This document shows, piece by piece, positions 1 to 10,292 of a stretch of DNA of 57,625 nucleotides. A program made the translations under genes and the position numbers. The notes below the pieces were generated by a model. It saw only the letters and a list, made by a program, of their open reading frames with translations, was not told where the DNA came from and ran no database searches. The stretch spans positions 1-57,625 of the IMG/VR virus record IMGVR_UViG_3300036770_005327; one strand, written 5' to 3'. This DNA comes from a virus (Duplodnaviria > Caudoviricetes). Position 1 is the stretch's first letter; every line of letters starts with the position of its first letter.

Positions 1-127
1 CCGTCCCGATCTGTGATGGGCTCAGGGTGTCCAGGAAGAAACTTATTCCGTACCCCTGTAGCCTTGATATAAGCATGATATGTTTTCGTTAGGCCCGAGC
101 CGGCAGAGCCAAATGCGGCAACATATC
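1..127. repeat. Terminal direct repeat copy 1 (circular assembly overlap)
   Basis: 1-127 is identical to 57499-57625, and a CDS reads in frame across the junction. Confidence 0.97.
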
Positions 128-2579
128 GAGCAGTTAAAACAACTGAACCATCGACACTGTAATTTCCTTGCGTGGAATAATTTTGTGAAGGATTAAACCT
201 CACCTGCTTAACAAGTGTCGCGCCATCGTAAATTTCAATAGTGTAAATCAGCCGCTCTGGGCCTGAACTGATGACATTGCCCCGGAACTCAAAGGACACA
301 TCAATAATACTTTCCGCTACATATGAGTCGATATAAATACTGGCTGAAGCAACATGAACGAGCTTATCCAATTCCAACGCATTGCCATTTAAGCCTGCAA
401 TCACTTTTTGGTTAACGGCACCTCCACGAATATTTAATGAATCAACCGACAGGTTTTTAATATACGCGCCTTGCAAATACCCATTACTATCGAGCACCAC
501 ATTACCTTGCGGATCATAAATGGTCAGGCCTTTGGCATAGACACCGCCCGAATTTGAAACCGCCAAAGACGCATTTGCCGCGTTTTTCTCAACACCCGCC
601 GGTCCCGCCCAAATCATGAATGTTTGGTACGGGTGCAAGTCCATCCGGTAGCTGCCACTGAGCAAGCTCAAATCGGAGCCGGTAATTGAACCGCCAATGA
701 TCCTGGGCGAACTCAAACTGGCAGACGCTACCAACGTATCCGCAACCACAGTACCGCTGACCAGCTCCTGAATTGACGCTGCCCGGATTAAGGCCTTATC
801 AATCAGTACCTGGTTGTTTGAGATCACGAACGGATTCACAAGGCCAGCGGGGCCGAGCATCGAAAACCGGTTCGCGTTGACCACAAAGCTAGTGAATGAG
901 CCATTGTTATACAGACCAAAGCCAGCGGCTAACCCATTGACCTCAGTTTTCACCCCCCACATGGCAGTAAAATTATTGTTGGCCGCTGCAACCGCCTGGG
1001 ATAACTGTGTCACTGTGGCGCTGGATGAATTGAACCTGGCATTCACATCTTGCTGTAAAGTGCCCAAAGACTGATTGAATAAACTTTGTGACTGAGATAA
1101 CTGCGTTACATTAGCGTTGGTTGTATCAAATCGGCTGTTTACAGATTGTGTCAGCGTACCAAGAGACTGATTTAACAGACTCTGCGACTGAGACAGCTGT
1201 GTCACATTCGCATTTGTCGTGTTAAAACTACTCTCGACAGATAGCTTTAATGTCCCTACCGATTTATCAACTGTCGATATCGTTTGAGCCAGCTGCGTCA
1301 CGTTCGCGTTGGTGTCTGCAAACTTGCTTTCAACACTTTCTGATAACGTGGCCACAGACTGACTGATGTTGCTTTGTGCCTGTGCAATCTGTGTCACATT
1401 GGCGTTTGTGGTATTAAACCGGCTGTTGACGCTAACCTGCAGCGTTGACAGCGATTCATTCAACGTTGCCTGAGCCAGTGACAACTGCAGAACTGATGCC
1501 GAGTTTTCACCAACATCAGCACGAACCTCCGTCAACTGCCTGGCCATCGCTGCTGATTCCGATGCAATTAAGGTGAATTGCTCATTGATGGCCGCAACGC
1601 TGCTATCAAACTGCGCCATGCGCAGAACGACCCCATAAATCCGCACTTCATGATCTGATATCGAGCTGGTCACATTGTCTTGCCACAATGCCAGGCGCGT
1701 TAAATGCTTTCCATCCCGGACTTCTGCCCCCCACTTCCCAAGCGCGAGCTGCAGCTCTGCATCGGCGTAATTCCACTGAGCCAACAACAACCGGTTAATC
1801 ATGCTGGTTGATGATTGCATCTGGTCAGAATTGACGACCGTTTCTAAATTCTGCGCAACCTGGTTGATACCTTTGCGCAGCAAGTCCAATGGCCCATTGT
1901 CTTCGCTGAATTTAGTATCAACTTTCTGAATAATCTGCTGATACTTTTCATCACTAATCAGCTCGATATCGTTTCGAAGCCATTCAACCAGCGGACTGTT
2001 TGCATCCTCCTCGGTGATTTTCTCAATTAACCAGCCGATATCATCTTCGGTTTTGCCGGGGATCCCGCCAAGGCCTTGCCATGGTCCAATATCCCCTCTT
2101 TGGTTGATAAAGCGAACCCAGTAATAGAACGTGGAACCTTTGGCCACGACATCAGAGAACATCACGCCCTTGGTTGTGCCTATCATGACAGCAGAACCAA
2201 CGAGATCGACACCACTGCGCCAAATCTCGGCTTCAAGATGACCGCGGTAAGTGGGTTCATCGAACCGGATCAGCACTGCTGTAAAGCCACCAACGGCGGT
2301 CACGTTCAAAGGTGCATGCGGTATATCGATCCGCACTGGCGTTCCGGTGCCAGGTTGCAACGGCACCAACACGCCGCCAGTGTTGGGATTTCCTTTGAAC
2401 TGCGCAACGCCCATATCAATTAAATCACGCGGCGTTAGCGCCCGGTCTAAGCCATCCCCGCGACTGCCGGTTAAGATTTCAAGCGCCTGGGCAACGGATG
2501 TAATAGAGCGCGGAAGGTCTTTTGAATTTGTCACCACTGCAGGATAGCGGTGACGGGGCTTCATACTCGTTTGTGTCAT
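1..2579 (-). CDS. Tail tip / host-specificity protein, about 869 aa across the circular junction (stop at 57468); absent from the ORF track
   Basis: ATG at 2579 overlaps the upstream TGA (ATGA). The N-terminus, MTQTSMKPRHRYPAVV...ALEILTGSRGDGLDRALTPRDL, resembles the 933W-type tail tip protein. Same frame continues at 1-300 and ends ...DGWLIIGVGKR* at 57468. Confidence 0.8.
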   Translation of the reverse strand, partial: MTQTSMKPRHRYPAVVTNSKDLPRSITSVAQALEILTGSRGDGLDRALTPRDLIDMGVAQFKGNPNTGGVLVPLQPGTGTPVRIDIPHAPLNVTAVGGFTAVLIRFDEPTYRGHLEAEIWRSGVDLVGSAVMIGTTKGVMFSDVVAKGSTFYYWVRFINQRGDIGPWQGLGGIPGKTEDDIGWLIEKITEEDANSPLVEWLRNDIELISDEKYQQIIQKVDTKFSEDNGPLDLLRKGINQVAQNLETVVNSDQMQSSTSMINRLLLAQWNYADAELQLALGKWGAEVRDGKHLTRLALWQDNVTSSISDHEVRIYGVVLRMAQFDSSVAAINEQFTLIASESAAMARQLTEVRADVGENSASVLQLSLAQATLNESLSTLQVSVNSRFNTTNANVTQIAQAQSNISQSVATLSESVESKFADTNANVTQLAQTISTVDKSVGTLKLSVESSFNTTNANVTQLSQSQSLLNQSLGTLTQSVNSRFDTTNANVTQLSQSQSLFNQSLGTLQQDVNARFNSSSATVTQLSQAVAAANNNFTAMWGVKTEVNGLAAGFGLYNNGSFTSFVVNANRFSMLGPAGLVNPFVISNNQVLIDKALIRAASIQELVSGTVVADTLVASASLSSPRIIGGSITGSDLSLLSGSYRMDLHPYQTFMIWAGPAGVEKNAANASLAVSNSGGVYAKGLTIYDPQGNVVLDSNGYLQGAYIKNLSVDSLNIRGGAVNQKVIAGLNGNALELDKLVHVASASIYIDSYVAESIIDVSFEFRGNVISSGPERLIYTIEIYDGATLVKQVRFNPSQNYSTQGNYSVDGSVVLTARYVAAFGSAGSGLTKTYHAYIKATGVRNKFLPGHPEPITDRD
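1005..1505 (-). repeat. Degenerate 96-bp (32-aa) tandem repeats within the tail tip gene
   Basis: A CTG(C/T)GT(C/T)AC-type anchor (encoding ..NVTQ..) recurs at 1005, 1101, 1197, 1293 and 1389, with a weaker copy at 1485. Confidence 0.8.
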
Positions 2580-4180
2580 ACCAAATCTGCCATATCATCC
2601 GATATTGCCAACATTTCAACAGTCCCGGTGCCGGCAAACTCAAACTGTACAGTTCGGCCACGCAACGGCGGTAACCGCATCGAGTCAGCTGCGCGTGAAC
2701 AATCTGAAATGGTGTGTTTCTTGACACCATCAATCCACAAAGAGAAAGACAATGCGGATAACTGCGAGCCTGTGATACTGATAGCGTTTGGCAGTTCGTT
2801 GCCGCCAAACATAAATGGCTTGCTACGCCAGGACATTTGCAATGGTGCTGCGCCTTGGTCAAATCCACAGATTTGAGTACCGTTTAATACAAAGGCGGCA
2901 CCGGTTGCCAAGTCGTTGTAGACGGCGGGATAGTACACACTCAGCGGCATGAGTGATTTTGTATCCGGGTCAAAAATAAACCCCTGCTTGACGTTGGTGG
3001 CACTGGTAAAAAATGCCAGGTATTTACCGTTATAACAGGCCGCAATAATGGTTGCGGGGTTGTACATTTCGCGCCACTGACGGGCAGATATCACATCTTC
3101 CGTCAACAGGATCACCTGGTTGGATGAAACACCTACCAAGCCATCCGGACTGGCGTAAATAACAAACTCGCCCATATCAACCATTGAGCGCGCAGACACA
3201 CAGGCATGATTACTTTCAAGCCGCTCACTCGACATCGCACTGGGGCTGACGCCGGATACGATATAAGGAAATCCTTCGGTGGCCACAACTAAAGCATTGG
3301 TGGTTGCGCCTATGGCCACAATCGGGTGAGAAGTCGTCAGGCGATACCGCTTCGGCCAGGCATAGGCTAAATAGGACTCGCTAAAGTGCAGAGTATTGCC
3401 CACGAAGCCGGCAAGGATGCCATTGGCCATCAGCGTCAGGCCTTTTAAATCTGCCGGCGGTGGATCATAGTCCTGCGTGATCAGCTCCGGGCCTAAACCG
3501 TCTGACAGCAATGTATCAGTCAAAGACCGCTGAGCGATCGGCAATTCCGCGACTAAAAAGAATCCGGAACTGCTGGCACCGCTTGCAGAGCGGTAAACCC
3601 GTTGCCGGTCAATCGCAAAATTGTTCGACGCCAGCACCGGCAAGGTTAACGTCACTGGTTGTCCAGGCTCGACTAACACAAGCCTGGCAGACACAGCGGA
3701 TGGCGGCCCTTCTTCGCCGAATTTATTTACATGCGTAACGACATAAAACCGCGTTTCATCATCTGCATAATCGGTGTTATTGCCTGATGCCGCCCCAAGC
3801 GCGACCACAGGCGCTGTGGCTGGCATTGGGATCCCCAAAGTTAAACTACCACTTGGGTAGGGTGCGCTGGCTGTCAGCAAAGCGCTGTCGCCGAATTTGG
3901 GAGCGCCATCACCCGACCAGTACACGCGGGACCAACTATCGCTGACGATGGGACTGGGGCAAACGTTGACTACCTTTTGCCACGCCAGGTAAATCGTACT
4001 GTATTTATAAATGGTCTGAGCATTGGCCACAGCGATTGTGGCCACGCTGGCAGAAAGCCCTTTAAGGGGGCTTAACTTGCCTTCGGCCGAATAAACGTTC
4101 TGTGCTTGTTCTGCTGCGTACTCAGGAAGGTCGATAGGTTTAACTTTTGGGATCAGTCCTTCAAAGCGGCTGAACTTCAT
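2576..4180 (-). CDS. Tail tube/nozzle-like virion protein (about 534 aa)
   Basis: Likely start MKFSRFEG after a GGAGG RBS; size and position match the ~570-aa gene before the tail tip in 933W-type podophages; RFYVVTHVNKFGEEGPPS motif. Confidence 0.7.
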   Translation of the reverse strand: MKFSRFEGLIPKVKPIDLPEYAAEQAQNVYSAEGKLSPLKGLSASVATIAVANAQTIYKYSTIYLAWQKVVNVCPSPIVSDSWSRVYWSGDGAPKFGDSALLTASAPYPSGSLTLGIPMPATAPVVALGAASGNNTDYADDETRFYVVTHVNKFGEEGPPSAVSARLVLVEPGQPVTLTLPVLASNNFAIDRQRVYRSASGASSSGFFLVAELPIAQRSLTDTLLSDGLGPELITQDYDPPPADLKGLTLMANGILAGFVGNTLHFSESYLAYAWPKRYRLTTSHPIVAIGATTNALVVATEGFPYIVSGVSPSAMSSERLESNHACVSARSMVDMGEFVIYASPDGLVGVSSNQVILLTEDVISARQWREMYNPATIIAACYNGKYLAFFTSATNVKQGFIFDPDTKSLMPLSVYYPAVYNDLATGAAFVLNGTQICGFDQGAAPLQMSWRSKPFMFGGNELPNAISITGSQLSALSFSLWIDGVKKHTISDCSRAADSMRLPPLRGRTVQFEFAGTGTVEMLAISDDMADLV

Positions 4181-4481
4181 CAACAGCCTCCGGGGTTGCC
4201 TGCGCAACCAACTTAATCGCCTCCGGATGAGTCAGAAGTGTGACCTTGCCGGAGCCGATCGTTAATTCAAATTCGACGCCATTGCCGGCATGGACTGCAT
4301 AATCTGCCAGCTCGCTAATTTGCTCCGTAGGAATTGATAAAATAACCAGCTCAATTCCATTGAAGTTTATAACTGCAGGGCTGTTGGTTAATGACTGGGC
4401 CGTAGGATCTGTCATGTACGATTCAAGCGTGATCACTGCGTACTTGCTTTCAGGGTTAGTAATAAACTCTTGAATATTCAT
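4161..4481 (-). CDS. Hypothetical protein (106 aa)
   Basis: Start MNIQEF coupled (ATGA) to the upstream stop. Confidence 0.6.
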   Translation of the reverse strand: MNIQEFITNPESKYAVITLESYMTDPTAQSLTNSPAVINFNGIELVILSIPTEQISELADYAVHAGNGVEFELTIGSGKVTLLTHPEAIKLVAQATPEAVDEVQPL

Positions 4482-6097
4482 ATCACGTTTCCAACATCCA
4501 CAATCGACCAGCGATCGGCGTTTTGGTTGACTAAGCGACAAGGGTTATGGACATCATCCATTTGACGCAAAGTAATGTTGTCTATAGTGAAAGATCCGGC
4601 AACTGCAGATACAGGCCTGAAAGTGACATGGCCAGTTGCTTCCCTTGCGCAGAACGTCATTTCGATTTTTTGGCGAACTGCCGAAACATTGATAGATGAA
4701 ATAGTTGCCCAAGTGGGGGCGAAACATTTAAAACTCATCTGTATTGCAGGGCCGGTAATCGCATTGAAATCGACTTCCAGTTTATAAAATCGGCCAGGCA
4801 CAAGAGGGGTGGACCCATTGAGATATAAATCTAATCCGGAGTTCACATTGTCTACAAAATCACATTTAAGGGCACCGTTTACGTTACTTAATGTGGCTCC
4901 GGCAGCAGCATAAGTTCCGGCCAAATCAGTCAGCGCTGGATTACGCATGATCTCTGGCCCCGTCAATTCATACGCGGGAGACAGCTTGATATTTTTTACT
5001 TTGTAGCGCTTACCGTTTTCACTTCCCATTGCGCCACGCAAAGATATATGGGCTGATGGCATCACTCCTGAGCCAGCTGCGGTTGTAAATAAAAACCTTA
5101 GCCTGCCACCGTATAATGGAGCTGTCGAAAACGACCCATAAAATGCACTGCTATGGTCAAAGCTGGCTCTGCGCAATTCATTGAATGGCATGTTACCGGC
5201 ATTGGCTCCGGTGTACGCCAAGGTTAATCTAAGATTTGTTCCATCTGCCCAGCCTTCAACATCAGCTTCTAATACATAAGTGCGTGACCACTCGATTGCT
5301 ACCGGGATACGCCAAGCGCGTTGACCCCATGTATCAACCATGTTGTATTCAAAACTACCATCCGGATTTATTTTAGTGTCTGTTGACGATTCCCAAATAG
5401 GGGGAGCCAAAGCTAAATTTTTAGAAAGCTTTTTCGAGAAAAAAGTACCCGCGCGATCAGAAAAGTCCCAATCACCAATTAACACGCCGTTACTCCGCGC
5501 ACCTTGGTTCCAGACTTTAAGATTGAAATATGTCACATCAGCACGTTCAACACCTGAAGTCAGCGAGCTGGGGCCAGCCATATTGTAAACTGCCGGATCA
5601 GCTGAAAACGAAGTTGAGCTATTCAGAATTTCACCTGAAGGCAACCGTATGGTTCCAGACATGACACCAGCCACACGTTTAATTACCGCGACATAAATAG
5701 TCATCGGCTGACATAGCATTAAAAAGCCGGGATAACTGACAATCGTTGCGTCACCATTGCAGCTAGTTGCATTAAGAGTTCCCCTCTCGCCGCTATGCTG
5801 GCCCCAGCTGTTGAAAAACAGCAGTGGACGGCTTGCTCCACCGACATAGCTATTAATAATGATTTGATTATTACTGGTAGCACGAACAACAGAGTTCAAC
5901 ATAAAGACGACTTCAATTTCAAAGTCGCCAGCCAAAGCGATAGGAACGTGAAAAAGCCAGTGGTCATCAATGCGATCAGCACGATATGCCCATCGCAGAG
6001 CAGATTGCACAACCAACGCAATCTTTTTTTTCCGCACCATCACAGTGGGCGTAAAATCATCGTAAGGATTGCGATGATCTAAGATCTCAATGCTCAT
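4478..6097 (-). CDS. Putative accessory receptor-binding protein with LamG/carbohydrate-binding-like beta-sandwich domains
   Basis: 539 aa in the tail module; Trp/Tyr-rich beta strands; GDFEIEVVF, YFNLKVW...GDWDF and FTIDNITLR motifs typical of ConA/CBM-like domains. Confidence 0.5.
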   Translation of the reverse strand: MSIEILDHRNPYDDFTPTVMVRKKKIALVVQSALRWAYRADRIDDHWLFHVPIALAGDFEIEVVFMLNSVVRATSNNQIIINSYVGGASRPLLFFNSWGQHSGERGTLNATSCNGDATIVSYPGFLMLCQPMTIYVAVIKRVAGVMSGTIRLPSGEILNSSTSFSADPAVYNMAGPSSLTSGVERADVTYFNLKVWNQGARSNGVLIGDWDFSDRAGTFFSKKLSKNLALAPPIWESSTDTKINPDGSFEYNMVDTWGQRAWRIPVAIEWSRTYVLEADVEGWADGTNLRLTLAYTGANAGNMPFNELRRASFDHSSAFYGSFSTAPLYGGRLRFLFTTAAGSGVMPSAHISLRGAMGSENGKRYKVKNIKLSPAYELTGPEIMRNPALTDLAGTYAAAGATLSNVNGALKCDFVDNVNSGLDLYLNGSTPLVPGRFYKLEVDFNAITGPAIQMSFKCFAPTWATISSINVSAVRQKIEMTFCAREATGHVTFRPVSAVAGSFTIDNITLRQMDDVHNPCRLVNQNADRWSIVDVGNVI

Positions 6098-6375
6098 GGC
6101 GTGATCTCGATATTAACGTGTGTTGCCGTATCCTCCGCATACAAATGTATTTCATTTTCCCCTGCTTTGATGTTGGCCAGAGCGTCAGTCACAAGGCGGC
6201 GACCACCAACAAAATCGACAGCAGGCGGCACCAGTCCTATCCATACGCGAATTCGTGCCAGGCCATTACCACGAGCAACGTTCTGAATACTGGTGGCTTT
6301 ACCGACAGGCAACCCCAGCTGACTTAAGGACGTCCATTTTTTTGCTTCTAACAAATCATCAGGTCTGGTATCCAC
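6094..6375 (-). CDS. Hypothetical tail-module protein
   Basis: 93 aa, tightly coupled to both neighbours. Confidence 0.6.
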   Translation of the reverse strand: MDTRPDDLLEAKKWTSLSQLGLPVGKATSIQNVARGNGLARIRVWIGLVPPAVDFVGGRRLVTDALANIKAGENEIHLYAEDTATHVNIEITP

Positions 6376-6726
6376 TTATTGCTCCTTGGTTTTGTAGTTG
6401 CCACGGCCAAACATTTTTACAGCCAGGTAAGCTGGTTTTGCTTTATGAGCTGGCACCTTGTAAGCCAACAGGGTTTGATAAAACGCATCATCGGCAAACT
6501 GCTTGGTATGCAGCGCTTGCTGATAGAAGTAATCATGCAGCACCGAGGCCTCAAAGGCTTCGGTGGCGGGGTCTAAAAACCACCATAAAAAACGGGGCAC
6601 ATTGGCCCCGTTCGTGGTTGTTCCTTCAGGCACAATGCCGTAGGGCGTGTGCCAGTCTTTGGTTAAGACCCATTTCCGTTTACCGACTTTAAGGGTCAGT
6701 AATGGGCTGTATCCGGGTTTACTCAT
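6376..6726 (-). CDS. DUF1353 family protein
   Basis: IVPEGTTTNGANVPRFLWW...ASVLHDYFY...ADDAF...AYLAVKMFG signature. Confidence 0.85.
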   Translation of the reverse strand: MSKPGYSPLLTLKVGKRKWVLTKDWHTPYGIVPEGTTTNGANVPRFLWWFLDPATEAFEASVLHDYFYQQALHTKQFADDAFYQTLLAYKVPAHKAKPAYLAVKMFGRGNYKTKEQ

Positions 6727-7013
6727 GCGCCCTCACTTGCTGGCCAATAGGCATCATCACTGATAATTAAATCAACCAAGTCAGGGCGCGCTATCAGCGC
6801 CTCCAGTGCCTGGCGGTGGCTATTAATCCAGTGAACGCATTCAGCGCGTTCCTGTTCACTATAAAGCCCCAGGGCGACATTAGCCTGACCGACCTTATCC
6901 CAGCGCGATTCGATACGGCGGGTGGCTTCAAACTTAGCTTCTGCCTGTTTTTGAGCGCGCAGTTTGTCTTGCTTTGCTGCAGGGGTAACTTTTTTTGACC
7001 AATCAATATTCAT
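6723..7013 (-). CDS. Tail fibre assembly-like protein
   Basis: MNIDWSKKVT N-terminus and C-terminal YWP; downstream of the tail fibre. Confidence 0.6.
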   Translation of the reverse strand: MNIDWSKKVTPAAKQDKLRAQKQAEAKFEATRRIESRWDKVGQANVALGLYSEQERAECVHWINSHRQALEALIARPDLVDLIISDDAYWPASEGA

Positions 7014-7399
7014 GCAGGAAAAACCTCAGGTTCAGGTTCCGCTACAGATTCGGGTTCTGGCTCTGGCTCAGGTTTAGATTCTGGCACTACCGGTTTTCTG
7101 ACAATTGGACAAGGACATTGACCGGCATCAACAACAAACGTGTAGTCTGCCAATTCGGCAGACTGATTTGATTCAGCGTTCGTTGCATCAAATAGGTATT
7201 CAAGTTGCAGCTCGATTTGGTTATTTTTTCTGACAACAACACCAGCAAACGGGGGGCCAATTTCTATTTCCTCACCTTCGCCAAGCGGTGACAGGTCGTA
7301 CTCCAGACCTCGATAGTGTAGAACTTCTCCTGTGACCGTAGGCGGTGTATCAATAGCCCCATTAGGTAAAGCAGAGGTCGCCAAAAGTGTAATTTTCAT
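7010..7399 (-). CDS. Tail fibre-associated protein
   Basis: Start MKITLL coupled to the fibre stop (TGATG); GEVLHYRGLEYDLSPLGEG motif; PE-rich tail. Confidence 0.6.
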   Translation of the reverse strand: MKITLLATSALPNGAIDTPPTVTGEVLHYRGLEYDLSPLGEGEEIEIGPPFAGVVVRKNNQIELQLEYLFDATNAESNQSAELADYTFVVDAGQCPCPIVRKPVVPESKPEPEPEPESVAEPEPEVFPA

Positions 7400-10290
7400 C
7401 AGTACCATCTCCCAATCGCATAGCCTTTAAGCTTTGCTTTATAACCGCCCATTTGGCTAAAAAGAATGTAAATTGCTTGGTCACTTGTTGTGGTCGTAGC
7501 ACCAGCAGACAGCTTGACCGCACCTATTGGCCAACAAGCCGGACCTAGCGCTGCATCCATTTGTCCAGATGAATAAAATGTTGTCGGTGGCGAAACAAAA
7601 GCAGCAGGGAAATTCCAAGACAGAGTTGCACTGTACGTTGCACCAAAGTCGCCATGGCTCGGACCATAAAAAGTTCCAGACTCAAACCAGCATTCCTGCG
7701 TCCCGTCTGCGTACCGGATGTAACTACCATTGGCATTAGTGCCACGCTCAAAAACTGCACCTGCGGGCAATCCACCTGATTGGATTACAGTGCCTACGAT
7801 GTTTGAATTTTGATAGCGAAAAACCCAAGGTGTCCATACCCCGTTTATTTTTGACCTGACCCAGGTATCTCGATTAGTAACTGTTTCGTAATGTTGACGT
7901 ATATAGTCTGCACTAATGTAAAACTGAGTCACCCAGCCATTATAAACGCCCGGCCCATTTATTGGGCTGTTTGCATAAAACTCACCACTGACAGATGGTA
8001 AATTATTTAAATCGCTATTAACTGCAAGGCTAACAGATTTCCCAATTTCTAAAGCCGCCCTCGCAGAGGCAGGTGTCGTACCGATGTTCAGCAGGTTACC
8101 GGGATGATAAAGAAGGCTCCAATCACTATAGGGCTGCCCATCTGTCTTAGTCCTGAAAGCCATAGCCTGAACGTTGCCTCTGGCCGTATCGCAAATAGCT
8201 AACTGAGCGGCAGTGCTTGGGCTACGATGAACATCAATGATATGCCATGCAGACGTGCTATATGGAGCAGGCCTTGTGCCCAGGACTGCTCGATACAAAC
8301 CACCATAACCAAGCGTGTCACAGTTCACATCCCTTGAGATATCAAGGCCTATCCCGGCACTAACATCCCGCCATTGCGCATCCCAAACGCCGCCGTTCTT
8401 TTGCCGTTCAAATCTTCGTTTGTCCGTAGTCCAAAGGATTTGATAAGCAGTTGCAGACGATCCCCACTGCAGGTGCAGCAACATACATCCGGACAACGAA
8501 ATGGTGGTCCCACCATAATCAACAGGACCATTGGATGAGCCTGCGCCCCGGAGCTGGATAAACTGAGTCCGATCAACGGTATTTAAATCAACTTCAGAAA
8601 CAACGTTGTCAGCACCTTCGCCAAGCCCCCAGGCACCATTAATCATCAAAGCGCCAGCTGTTGCGTCCGTAACAGAGCTTTGCTTATTCAGATTGTCTGA
8701 ATGGATGATGTCAGCCCAACCGGACCATTCGTTATTAATGAGCCGGCGATACTTAACCATGCGCTCAGAGTTCAGCGAGTAAAACACTTGCATGGCGTAG
8801 TTAGACGCGGACCATGAATAGTGCTGTAAATAACCTTGGTTATTACCGGACTTCCCTGCGACAGGGCTACCTGTCCATGTATCCCCTAAGGCATAAAAGC
8901 CCGAGGTTCGAAGCGTGTCGGCGTTAGCGCCGCTTAAAAATGGCGTTGAGGCAACGCCTAACCCCTGATCGCCGGTGACAGTGATTTGCTTCCAGGCTGA
9001 CCAAGTGGTTGCGCTTTGTGCATGCCGCTCCCAACAAGGCACACCGATGACACCGCGAAAGCGTTGCCAGCTGTAGGTATATCCGTTACCACTGGTGATG
9101 TAACCTTCCATCGTGCCAAATGCGTTACCGCCAGGGCCGTTCGTGATTGCAACGACGTTAGATGTATAGTTACACCCCTGAGAGCCACATGCCGCAAATA
9201 CCGCTTCGGGTGTGCTGTCGCCATTAATGGCAATCGCAGCACGAAAGCTTGTGCCAAGACCAAACTCACCCAACTGCAGTTGAGCGCGCCAGGTTGTCCA
9301 AACACCGTTGACGTTATCCCGGTTAAACTGACGGTTGCCGACAACGGCAATTTGAGACGCCCGGACACTGGGCGAACCATTGGCGCGGATCACATGGATT
9401 AAGATGCCGCTGCCGGTGCCAGGTGAATTCAGCGTAACGCCGTTGCTGATTTCATAAAAACCACTGACAAGCACAGTGTTGCAGTCAGGACAATTGCGGC
9501 CACTGCCAGGGGTGAGGCCGAAACCTTGCTGCCATGACAACCAACCACCATTCGCCGAATGGCGCCAGAAAAAATCACCCGAAGTCGTACAGGCAATTTG
9601 CATGGCATCGACAGAGTTATAGCGGCAGACAATTAATGAGAACTGCTCAAGGCCAGCCGGCTTTACCCCGGCATTGCTTGATTGCACACGCCAGAACCCT
9701 GCAGGGATCGTATTACTATCTACAGAGCCGGTTAAGTAAACCGCTTTATCATGCGCGCCAAGACCAAAGGCTTCCTTTTTCAAGAGGGTATCAGGGGTTA
9801 AATCCTGTGAGTTTGCCTGCACCACAATCGAGGCGCGTAATGCGGCCAGGCGCTGAACTTCTGTATCAACTGCAGTCTGAATACCTTTGAGACTTGGCGA
9901 GGTGTGATCACGGCCAAAAACGTCCGTCATGCTGACAGAGTTTGGTGCAGTGAAAAATTCAGACATCGAGCGGAACACTTGCAGATTCGAGTCAAGAACC
10001 TGTGCAACCTGAGCGGCCAGCCGGCTCATACTCGTTGCTGAAAACACCGGCTTAATGGTGTAGCTGACGTTGGTTTTGCTAACGCTAAAGCTGCCATGAA
10101 CGCGCAGCTGTGTATCGCTAATCACAGCCGCGACTTCGAACCACTCTTTGTTATCGATGCTGAGCGCATCGCCTGGCATTGGCCGCGCCATGGCCGTGGC
10201 CCAATGTGTACCGGTGCCATTGACCAAATCGGTGCCGGCAACAAAGGTTATCTTGCCTTCTTTGTACCAATAGTTGACGTTCATTGGCAC
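7399..10290 (-). CDS. Tail fibre protein with repeated pyocin-knob-like domains
   Basis: N-terminal WYKEGKITF...VNGTGTHW; repeated D(L/C)NT..SGFY...W..W units; C-terminal RGTNANGSYIRYADGTQECW...AIGRWY. Confidence 0.9.
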   Translation of the reverse strand: MPMNVNYWYKEGKITFVAGTDLVNGTGTHWATAMARPMPGDALSIDNKEWFEVAAVISDTQLRVHGSFSVSKTNVSYTIKPVFSATSMSRLAAQVAQVLDSNLQVFRSMSEFFTAPNSVSMTDVFGRDHTSPSLKGIQTAVDTEVQRLAALRASIVVQANSQDLTPDTLLKKEAFGLGAHDKAVYLTGSVDSNTIPAGFWRVQSSNAGVKPAGLEQFSLIVCRYNSVDAMQIACTTSGDFFWRHSANGGWLSWQQGFGLTPGSGRNCPDCNTVLVSGFYEISNGVTLNSPGTGSGILIHVIRANGSPSVRASQIAVVGNRQFNRDNVNGVWTTWRAQLQLGEFGLGTSFRAAIAINGDSTPEAVFAACGSQGCNYTSNVVAITNGPGGNAFGTMEGYITSGNGYTYSWQRFRGVIGVPCWERHAQSATTWSAWKQITVTGDQGLGVASTPFLSGANADTLRTSGFYALGDTWTGSPVAGKSGNNQGYLQHYSWSASNYAMQVFYSLNSERMVKYRRLINNEWSGWADIIHSDNLNKQSSVTDATAGALMINGAWGLGEGADNVVSEVDLNTVDRTQFIQLRGAGSSNGPVDYGGTTISLSGCMLLHLQWGSSATAYQILWTTDKRRFERQKNGGVWDAQWRDVSAGIGLDISRDVNCDTLGYGGLYRAVLGTRPAPYSTSAWHIIDVHRSPSTAAQLAICDTARGNVQAMAFRTKTDGQPYSDWSLLYHPGNLLNIGTTPASARAALEIGKSVSLAVNSDLNNLPSVSGEFYANSPINGPGVYNGWVTQFYISADYIRQHYETVTNRDTWVRSKINGVWTPWVFRYQNSNIVGTVIQSGGLPAGAVFERGTNANGSYIRYADGTQECWFESGTFYGPSHGDFGATYSATLSWNFPAAFVSPPTTFYSSGQMDAALGPACWPIGAVKLSAGATTTTSDQAIYILFSQMGGYKAKLKGYAIGRWY

Positions 10291-10292
10291 CC

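Noticed and set aside
1005-1505. Periodic repeats as a CRISPR array
   Set aside because: In-frame coding repeats with third-position variation; no constant repeat with unique spacers; no cas genes
7399-10290. Tail-fibre diversification by DGR or invertase shufflon
   Set aside because: No reverse transcriptase, no template/variable repeat pair and no inverted fibre cassettes seen; the serine recombinase is 25 kb away with its own res-like site
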